A stretch of DNA of 64,000 nucleotides from an uncultured Verrucomicrobiae bacterium. Its GTDB lineage: Bacteria > Verrucomicrobiota > Verrucomicrobiia > Limisphaerales > Palsa-1400. The position numbers and the translations under genes were made by a program. Shown piece after piece: positions 1 through 6,695 of the stretch. Each line of letters begins with the position of its first letter. Position 1 is the first letter of the stretch. The stretch is taken from contig CAVPOM010000014.1 of NCBI GenBank assembly GCA_963707025.1, forward strand, positions 1-64,000. Direction: 5' to 3'. The notes under the pieces were generated by a model that worked only from the letters and a program-made list of their open reading frames with translations, ran no database searches and was not told where the DNA came from.

Positions 1-13
1 CCCCTCTCCGCCA
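1..13 (+). tRNA. 3' end of a tRNA, probably tRNA-Ser (rest lies outside the window); forms attL of the island
   Basis: Window begins CCCCTCTCCGCCA, i.e. acceptor strand CCTCTCC, discriminator G and CCA, typical of tRNA-Ser. Only 13 nt are visible. Confidence 0.6.
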
Positions 14-1501
14 GTTTGAGATTTCGGGATTTTCGCCGCAAGCGGCGATGTTTGACAGCGAGGCGGAATTGAATTCCGCCACGATTTTCCAAGGGTTTTT
101 CAACTCGACCGACAACCGTTTCTCCGCCAACTGAAAGTTCGAACCGATTTTTCTGAGAAAATCGCGCTTTTTCTCCGGGTTTCCTTCCGCGAGCAAAATA
201 GTGGCGTCTTTAGCCTCCTTTACGAACGCAATAGCCGGTTCGAACCGATTGCGGCGGTTGTCTTCAAACGCTGCCAAACTGCCCTTCAATTCGGCCTTGC
301 GGTTGAGCAGGATGTGTTTCTTTGAAACATACTCCTGCTCCCCGATCTGCTCGGAGAGGCGCATATCGAGGAGAATATCTATCTTCTTCTCGCATTGCGC
401 CAAGTCCGCCTTCGTCCGCTCAATGGCCGCTGCCTGTGCCGTGGCGGCCTCTTGCCGCGTCTTTTCAAGTTCGGCCACCATCAAATCGGCAATGGCGGCT
501 TCCAGGGCCACCTTGCCGATTTCCCGGTCAACCTGCTCGGCGATGGTTTCCTCCCGCACGTATCTTTGCGTGCAGGCGGAAACCCGCTTGGTGCAGCGGA
601 GATAGTTGTGGCCTTTTTGGGTCTCGGTCGTGATGAAACAGCCGCACTCGCCGCATGTGAAGACCCCGCGATACAGATACGGCTTCAAGGTGCTCGTTTT
701 GGGCTTGCTCTTCCGCTCCATGACCGCCTGGACCTCGTCAAACAGGCGCTTGGAAATGATGGGGTCGTGCTTGCCCTCGTAAAGCTCGCCGTTAAAAAAC
801 ATCAGGCCGCAGAAAAAAGGATTCTTGAACGTGTGCTGGAAATTGGATGTGGACATGATCTTGTCGCTGCATGAAAGAAGACCGAGCCCGTTTATCCTCC
901 GGCGCACTTCATGCAGGGGATATTGGCCGGTCGCATACAACTCGAACGCCTTGCGGACAAGCGGGGCCTTCCTGGGGTCAACCACGATTGACCGGGTGTT
1001 GCGGTCGTTCACGTATCCGACCGGCGGGCGGTTCGGCCAAATGCCGTTCCTGAGTTTTTGGCGCAGACCCCGGCGGATGTTCTCGGAGAGATTGTCCACG
1101 TAGTATTTGCTCTGACAAAAGGCGATATTCAGCATGAATTTGCCGTGCGCCGTCGCCTCAAAATGGAACGTGGGGAAGCGCAAGTCCTGGATTTTGCCGA
1201 TGTCCACCAGATACACGATTCTGCCACCGTCAACGCTGTTCCGGGCCAGCCGGTCGGGGTGCCACGCGAGAATCCCCTGGGCCTTGCCTTTTTCAATCTC
1301 GGCGAGCATCAAATTGAATTGCGGCCGCCCTGGGCTTTTGGCCGTGCGGCTCTCCTCGAAGACCTTGAGCACGGTCAAACCCTCGCGTTTGGCGTATTCG
1401 TGCAACTCGAAAAGCTGCGCCTGAATCGAGAGAATCTGCCGGTCGCTCTCGTCGGTGGATTTGCGGACATATATGAAAAATGGTTTGGATTGCGTTGTCA
1501 T
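1..1501 (-). CDS. Large serine recombinase/integrase (resolvase, recombinase, Zn-ribbon and coiled-coil domains); 3' end runs off the window into the antisense of the tRNA
   Basis: Translated by hand (absent from the ORF track because there is no stop in the window): MTTQSKPFFIYVRKSTDESDRQILSIQAQ...PGRPQF...DRLARN...CGECGC...YLRC...ISNWRRG. Catalytic YxRxS and DRLAR motifs are present. Confidence 0.95.
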   Translation of the reverse strand, partial: MTTQSKPFFIYVRKSTDESDRQILSIQAQLFELHEYAKREGLTVLKVFEESRTAKSPGRPQFNLMLAEIEKGKAQGILAWHPDRLARNSVDGGRIVYLVDIGKIQDLRFPTFHFEATAHGKFMLNIAFCQSKYYVDNLSENIRRGLRQKLRNGIWPNRPPVGYVNDRNTRSIVVDPRKAPLVRKAFELYATGQYPLHEVRRRINGLGLLSCSDKIMSTSNFQHTFKNPFFCGLMFFNGELYEGKHDPIISKRLFDEVQAVMERKSKPKTSTLKPYLYRGVFTCGECGCFITTETQKGHNYLRCTKRVSACTQRYVREETIAEQVDREIGKVALEAAIADLMVAELEKTRQEAATAQAAAIERTKADLAQCEKKIDILLDMRLSEQIGEQEYVSKKHILLNRKAELKGSLAAFEDNRRNRFEPAIAFVKEAKDATILLAEGNPEKKRDFLRKIGSNFQLAEKRLSVELKNPWKIVAEFNSASLSNIAACGENPEISNWRRG

Positions 1502-1535
1502 AGAAATATCATATCACCAATACATGAGCGGTCAA
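1502..1535 (-). promoter_or_regulatory. Sigma70-like, probably leaderless promoter of the integrase
   Basis: Minus strand reads TTGACC-N16-TATGAT-N6-ATG, with TG one base upstream of the -10 (extended -10). An inverted repeat ATCACCAA (1513-1520) / TTGGTGAT (1543-1550) overlaps it. Confidence 0.6.
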
Positions 1536-1629
1536 GAAACTTTTGGTGATTCATGTGATTTCCCTAAAATGCCGTGTCGCGTCCATGAAATACTTGAACT
1601 TTCGAAAGGTAACGGATATGGTTTGCGAT

Positions 1630-2829
1630 ATGCCAAACGGAGCAATAGCGACATCGGCAAAGTGCTCGATTCGAGTTTTTGTGAGTCATGCGGAAAGCGA
1701 TGGTGATCTCGTGGATTCATTTGTGGAACTCCTCCGTTCTGCGATGGACATACGCCATGAAGAAATTCGCTGCACCAGCGTAGATGGCTATCGGCTTCCG
1801 ACCGGCACAGAAATTGACCCTCAATTGAGAGATGAAATCGTGGGCGCGAAGGTATTTGCCGCGCTTTTGACGCCCACAAGCCTTCAATCAGAATATGTCT
1901 GGTTTGAGTTGGGGGCACGATGGGGCCACGGGGCAAGCCTCCTGTCGTTGCTGGCAATGGGCGCAGAACCATCCTCGTTATGCGGTCCACTGAAAGGATT
2001 CGCAGCTAGAAAATCAGCGTCAGGGGAGATATACCAATTCCTTGGTGACGTTGCGCGTGAATTGGGTCTGCAATTGCACGATCCCCATGTATATCAAAAG
2101 CAATTTAAAGTTTTTGAGGCAGCGGCCAATCCCGACGTAGCTACACATAAAAGGAGCAATGCAGCTTTGTCCGACTATACGGCACGCGACATCTGTTTGG
2201 AACTTCGAGAAGCTCCTCCGTTAGAAAGAACGATGCGGGCAAAGCGATTCATCGGGTGCCATGTTGACTGGGATGTCCATTTTCGGAATGCGCACTTGGA
2301 AAAGGAGATGAACCCGACGGTTTCAGCTTCATTCATACCCTGGGAGGACGAGGGATTTGATACCGCAATCGAGTGCGATCTCAATTTAAAATTATACCCC
2401 GAGTTGAAAACAGCAAACGAGGGTGCGCTCTTCCGACTAACAGGTTACATCGAATCGGCCACAGATTGGATCATCAAATTGGTTTCTGTAAAACTATTTC
2501 CAATCAAGGACATTGGAGGAACACGAGTCCGATGCTTGCTTCAAGCGGTTTCGCGCGAATTGGGGGACCCGCTTTGTAACTCCGTTTCTAATCGGGCGAT
2601 TGAAGCAAGCATTCGAGCGCAATTAAATAGCGGCAGAGTCGAAGGCCTAACACTCACTGATGACAAGACTATACATCCGAGGATTGATCCTAAATCAAAG
2701 CACTACAAACTTTTGGTGCTAAAAACATGTAAGCATCTTATCGAGTCAAATCCCGCTGTCGCCCAAAATGTGAGCGCCAAATTGGCTTCGCTAGAAATTG
2801 AGATATACAATTTGGATAATTACGATTGA
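1630..2829 (+). CDS. TIR-domain protein with a possible central OB-fold-like region and an unknown C-terminus (candidate defence protein)
   Basis: IRVFVSHAESD...LLTPTSLQSEYVWFELGARWG is a TIR_2-like motif with the catalytic Glu. The ATG at 1630 is preferred over the TTG at 1543. Confidence 0.8.
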   Translation: MPNGAIATSAKCSIRVFVSHAESDGDLVDSFVELLRSAMDIRHEEIRCTSVDGYRLPTGTEIDPQLRDEIVGAKVFAALLTPTSLQSEYVWFELGARWGHGASLLSLLAMGAEPSSLCGPLKGFAARKSASGEIYQFLGDVARELGLQLHDPHVYQKQFKVFEAAANPDVATHKRSNAALSDYTARDICLELREAPPLERTMRAKRFIGCHVDWDVHFRNAHLEKEMNPTVSASFIPWEDEGFDTAIECDLNLKLYPELKTANEGALFRLTGYIESATDWIIKLVSVKLFPIKDIGGTRVRCLLQAVSRELGDPLCNSVSNRAIEASIRAQLNSGRVEGLTLTDDKTIHPRIDPKSKHYKLLVLKTCKHLIESNPAVAQNVSAKLASLEIEIYNLDNYD

Positions 2830-2871
2830 ACTCGAAAGCATAATGCCCAATGTGGAATGATTGGTTCAGCA

Positions 2872-3045
2872 TTATCTTGACCTTTTCCGCCGTGCTAGGA
2901 CTGCGTCCCGTGCGATTTGTGAACGGCGTTCAGGGGACAGCTTCGCTGCCCGCGCCCTGCCGCCTTTCAAACCACCCAGCCTTCCCAGGGCCACCGCTGC
3001 CGGATTTTTCCCCTTAACCGTTTTCTTTGATGATTTTTTAGGCAT
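2872..3045 (-). CDS. Small basic protein of the KNPAAVALGRLGGLKGG family
   Basis: MPKKSSKKTVKGKNPAAVALGRLGGLKGGRARAAKLSPERRSQIAR; I recall this motif from mobile-element-associated small proteins. Confidence 0.7.
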   Translation of the reverse strand: MPKKSSKKTVKGKNPAAVALGRLGGLKGGRARAAKLSPERRSQIARDAVLARRKRSR

Positions 3046-3147
3046 GACTGAATGCTGCCATTGTACCACGGGATTGCGAGCGGAAATTATTGGTCAAAAC
3101 TATGTGTGACAGCCGGTGAGGCTGACGAATATGTGAATATAAACGTG

Positions 3148-3544
3148 CTTTCAGTTGGCGGAGAAACGGTTGTCGGTCGAGTTGAAAAACCCTTGGAAAA
3201 TCGTGGCGGAATTCAATTCCGCCTCGCTGTCAAACATCGCCGCTTGCGGCGAAAATCCCGAAATCTCAAACTGGCGGTGTCTTTTAATCAAAGTTCGACA
3301 ATTCTTTGATCAAAATCCCGCTGTGTAGGGTATCCCCACACCTATCCCCGCAGCGGGGATACCCCCTGCTGGCGCAAACCCCTTGCTGAACAAGGGTTTT
3401 GTCGGTGTTCGGTCGTCTGGCGACCCTCCCGACTTCGGTCGGTTTACGCCTGCTCACGCAGGCTTCGGCTGCGCGCGGCCTCGGAGGCCGTGCTCGCCGA
3501 AAACCTCCCTCATCGCTCACGCGAAACACGGGTTCACCGACGGA
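3148..3544 (-). repeat. Internal inverted copy of the island's attP junction (397 bp)
   Basis: 3148-3277 is the reverse complement of 8-137 (130 bp) and 3272-3544 is the reverse complement of 5555-5827 (273 bp). The two overlap at the TGGCGG core. I saw no mismatches by eye. Confidence 0.95.
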
Positions 3545-3667
3545 ACTGTTAAGAATTTGGTGTCAACAATGCTTCTTCTATACATCCGCCATGCGGCGGA
3601 TGAATGCGTTTTCCGATCAACACCCCCTTTGGAAGTTTGTGCAGGGACATAATATACTTGTCAGCAA

Positions 3668-3925
3668 ATGCTTAGGGCAATTCGTAAAAATGATGGTGAG
3701 ACGGTGGAGGCGTGGAGCCAGAGAGAATCCTCCGGGCCTTTTGCGTGTCCCTGCTGTGGGGGCGAAGTCATCCTGCGCGGCGGGAGACGCCGCCTTGACC
3801 ATTTCGCGCATGTGGCGGAAATGAAATGCCCGCATGACCTCGGCGAAAGCGAGAATCACCGCCGCTGCAAGGCGGAGATTTGGGTCTGTCTTGCGGATGC
3901 CCCGCATGATAATCGAAGCCTTTGA
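3668..3925 (+). pseudogene. Truncated CoiA-like protein (N-terminal Zn-binding part only)
   Basis: FACPCCGGEVILRGG...HFAH...GESENH motif; ends after 85 aa with no nuclease domain. Confidence 0.65.
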
Positions 3926-4126
3926 CTATTCGGCCTCGGCGGGGAAGCTGCCTTTTCGGCGGCTTTTTCCGTCTCGGATGACCTGCGTGCCTTTCTGGCC
4001 GGCTTTGATGCCGTTGCGGTAGCTCTCCAAGACTTTCTCGGAAACCCAGCGGACGATGTCCTCGCCGGTTTCGCTGCTTGTGAGCTTTCGGGCAAGCTCT
4101 TGCTCGAATTCGCTGATGTAGCTCAT
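3926..4126 (-). CDS. Small hypothetical protein (66 aa)
   Basis: MSYISEFEQELARKLTSSETGEDIVRWVSEKVLESYRNGIKAGQKG; helical, protein-like composition; lies downstream of a long hairpin. Confidence 0.7.
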   Translation of the reverse strand: MSYISEFEQELARKLTSSETGEDIVRWVSEKVLESYRNGIKAGQKGTQVIRDGKSRRKGSFPAEAE

Positions 4127-4175
4127 GTGAGTTTGATGTTGGCTGATAATGCTCGACCGTGCGTGGCGGCCCGGA

Positions 4176-4309
4176 GCCGCCTCGCCCTCTCGGAATGGCC
4201 GTCCGAAGTCAAGGCGTAGTTCGAGCGCGGTGGAACGACTTCGACCGGGGAGCGAAGCGGGGGCTGGAACGACCTTGACCGGACGGTACAATGAAGAGAG
4301 GGCGGCGGC
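4176..4309 (-). promoter_or_regulatory. Long imperfect hairpin resembling an Frpo/ssi-type single-stranded-DNA promoter
   Basis: Nested arms: GCCGCCTCGCCCTCTC / GAGAGGGCGGCGGC and CCGTCCG-AA-GTCAAGG / CCTTGAC-CGGACGG. A TTGAC (-35-like) motif lies inside the stem. Confidence 0.5.
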
Positions 4310-4425
4310 GAACGTGCCTGGAAAGGGGGGGCGGCCAGGGGAGTATGAGGCTTTTGTGGATTTGAACGCTTGCATTCTTGCGGTTTGCGGATACCCTGCT
4401 TCGGGTTTGGCGTATTCTCGCGCAC

Positions 4426-5010
4426 ATGAATCCTGAGCGCTTCATCTACATAGATGCTCCCGGTATTGCGTCCCTCTATGCCCAGATCAACGGGCAAGAC
4501 GTGGTTGAGACACTTCTCACTATGGAGGACAGTAGGACTTCAGGTTGGAAGATGGCTTTGAGCGCTTTCCTCGGAGGTTCGGGCGAGTCGAACAAAGCGA
4601 TCAAGGAGGTGAAAGCCACAAAGATTCTCCTGAGGCCAGAAAATATGGTCCGTGAAATTGTAATGAATCTGCGCGCCGTCGGCACCCTCCATTTCTCAGT
4701 CGCGGATGCAATCGCGAGGACATCCAGCACGCACGAGCCTGCGTGGTTCGAGGCGCGACATCCTTTCTCGGTGCCGCCGCAGTTAGACCAGTTCGAGAAG
4801 ATGGGCGCGGTTGTTTTCGTCTCCAGTTCGCAGATTTCTATGTGGGCGAGCATTCATAATTTTCCGACCGCGCAGGGTGGGCAGATACCAATTCACGATG
4901 TTGAGCTTTTCCGCCGACTGGCAGGTCGCCCCTGTTCGTATTTGGTATTCGGGTCTATTTATTCAAACGGCGATGGATTCCAAGTTAAGCCTTTTGCCAT
5001 CCATCTTTAG
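4426..5010 (+). CDS. Hypothetical protein (N-terminus loosely DUF6414-like)
   Basis: MNPERFIYIDAPGIASLYAQING; 194-aa ORF with TATTCT 7 nt upstream of the ATG. Confidence 0.65.
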   Translation: MNPERFIYIDAPGIASLYAQINGQDVVETLLTMEDSRTSGWKMALSAFLGGSGESNKAIKEVKATKILLRPENMVREIVMNLRAVGTLHFSVADAIARTSSTHEPAWFEARHPFSVPPQLDQFEKMGAVVFVSSSQISMWASIHNFPTAQGGQIPIHDVELFRRLAGRPCSYLVFGSIYSNGDGFQVKPFAIHL

Positions 5011-5133
5011 TGTTACACCCGCCGGTACAAGCGCAACCACTCCGTTAGCCGTTCGCCTTGCATAAGCCCGTCCGAGGGCGGGAGGTGAGTGGCGGCACAC
5101 CTGCCGGCAGTGTCCGCCCGCCAGAAGTCAAAA

Positions 5134-5468
5134 GCCGGCCAAAGTCTTCGGGTTTTGAGACGGAGGGCGCCGGGATAGGGGTGCGCCCGTAGGCCAAAAG
5201 CTCGCAAGTCTTTGGATCGGCAACCCGTTGAAACCCGTCTCCCAAAACCCGTGTCAACGCCTGCCGCAGTCTCCGATGTTGTGAATCGGAAGGCGCCGGG
5301 GGCAAGGGGGTGTGCCTGGAGCAAACAAGCTCGGAGTCTGCGGCAGGACGTGTTTCCCCGCGACAAAGTCTTGGGATGCTGTGAGCCGGAAGGGGGTCCC
5401 GACGAACGGGTTAAAAGGGGGTGAGGAGGGACTTCGCACGGCGAACAAGCTCTCAAGTCTTTGGCGCT
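5134..5468. ncRNA. Candidate structured ncRNA or ssDNA element: three tandem long hairpins with a shared motif
   Basis: Modules at about 5134-5221, 5258-5350 and 5359-5467. Each reads AGTCT...TGANNCGGARGG...AAGCTC..AGTCT, with different but complementary stems. No credible ORF in the region. Confidence 0.55.
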
Positions 5469-5554
5469 CCCGCGATAGCGGGTCCCATACCCGTTTAACC
5501 TGTTCAAACCCGTGTTCACCCAAAAGGACAATGATGTCCTTTATCGTAAACCCG

Positions 5555-5827
5555 TCCGTCGGTGAACCCGTGTTTCGCGTGAGCGATGAGGGAGGTTTTC
5601 GGCGAGCACGGCCTCCGAGGCCGCGCGCAGCCGAAGCCTGCGTGAGCAGGCGTAAACCGACCGAAGTCGGGAGGGTCGCCAGACGACCGAACACCGACAA
5701 AACCCTTGTTCAGCAAGGGGTTTGCGCCAGCAGGGGGTATCCCCGCTGCGGGGATAGGTGTGGGGATACCCTACACAGCGGGATTTTGATCAAAGAATTG
5801 TCGAACTTTGATTAAAAGACACCGCCA
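5555..5827 (+). repeat. Right arm/attR of the island, hairpin-rich, duplicated in inverted orientation at 3272-3544
   Basis: Direct sequence comparison; ends AAAAGACA-CCGCCA, followed by host sequence ACCCTGCC. Confidence 0.9.
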
Positions 5828-5845
5828 ACCCTGCCGCCGCCCTGT

Positions 5846-6595
5846 TCAGCGGCCTTCGACATTGAGGAGCTTGGTGTGCTTCTTCAGGCCCCGCAAGACG
5901 GCGAAGATGAGGAAGCCTGCGATGAAAACAGCAAACCAGGCCCATTTTCCGGCATCCATCTGCCAGTTGTTTTCGGCGATGGAGTCCCCGATGAGGTCAA
6001 ATAGAAAAAACACTGAAATAATCAGAAAGAAGGCGTTGTATTCGCGTTGCGCCACCGTCCGCCAGCAGAAAGCGACGGGCGAGGGCTTCCAGCCGTGGAG
6101 TCTGGGAATGAAGGCGGGAGTTGCGGCGGCCCATTTTTCAAAAGTATCGCCGAAGCGCTCGCGCAAAAAGGCCTCTTCGGCCAGCATGATCCGCTCGTAA
6201 TAAAGCGCGTAGAAACAGGTCGTCAGAACCATCAGCCACCAGGTATGCGGCCACAGGGCGAAACCGCTCACGATGAGGTAATTGCCCAGATAGAGGGGAT
6301 GGCGCACGACGGAATAAATCCCGGTGGTGTTCAACGTATTGGCCACCTGTTGGCGCGTGTTCCGCCCGGAGGTGCCAATCGGGGCGCGTCCCACCGTGAT
6401 GATGCGCACCGCCAGCCCCAGGAAGGAGATGCCCAGGCAAACGCCCTGCCAGATTTCGTTGAGGCAATGGCTTTGCCCCAGGTAGGTGAAGGTGCAGAGG
6501 CAGGGCAGAAAAACCGCGAGAAGCGCCAGGGGCAGATAGCTGCGATGGCGGAAAAGCCACGCTCCGGATTGTTCCAGCTCAGTGCGCAAAGACAT
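5846..6595 (-). CDS. Isoprenylcysteine/phospholipid methyltransferase family protein, similar to lipid A phosphate methyltransferase (LmtA-like)
   Basis: WLFRHRSYLPL...TSGRNTRQQVANTLNTTGIYSVVRHPLYLGN...EEAFLRERFG; multiple transmembrane helices. Confidence 0.8.
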   Translation of the reverse strand: MSLRTELEQSGAWLFRHRSYLPLALLAVFLPCLCTFTYLGQSHCLNEIWQGVCLGISFLGLAVRIITVGRAPIGTSGRNTRQQVANTLNTTGIYSVVRHPLYLGNYLIVSGFALWPHTWWLMVLTTCFYALYYERIMLAEEAFLRERFGDTFEKWAAATPAFIPRLHGWKPSPVAFCWRTVAQREYNAFFLIISVFFLFDLIGDSIAENNWQMDAGKWAWFAVFIAGFLIFAVLRGLKKHTKLLNVEGR

Positions 6596-6695
6596 CGCCA
6601 CGAGGATAATTGCTTTGTGCCCGACCGACAAGCGGCTTATGCGATTCCCCATTTTCCGGCGTGCCAGGGCGCGCGCCGGCGCGTAAGTTAAGCCG

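Larger units (their letters stand above)
8..5827. mobile_element. Integrative island with a large serine recombinase, inserted at the tRNA 3' end (core CCGCCA at 8-13 and 5822-5827)
   Basis: The integrase abuts the tRNA end and CCGCCA is directly repeated at both ends. The joined ends (AAGACA-CCGCCA-GTTTGAG) occur internally on the minus strand around 3265-3283. Cargo is visibly more AT-rich than the host, and host genes resume at 5846. Confidence 0.85.

Noticed and set aside
1630..2829. Calling the TIR gene Thoeris or CBASS
   Set aside because: No ThsA effector or cyclase partner is present in the island.
5134..5468. Hairpin array as CRISPR, attC cassettes or hammerhead ribozymes
   Set aside because: There are no identical direct repeats with spacers and no cas genes, no RYYYAAC/GTTRRRY ends, and no CUGANGA/GAAA core.
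3284..5815. ORFs called across the duplicated arm and hairpin region (e.g. 3284-3529, 5013-5531, 5254-5700, 5312-5815)
   Set aside because: Low-complexity Arg/Pro/Gly translations in several frames over palindromic DNA; treated as non-coding.
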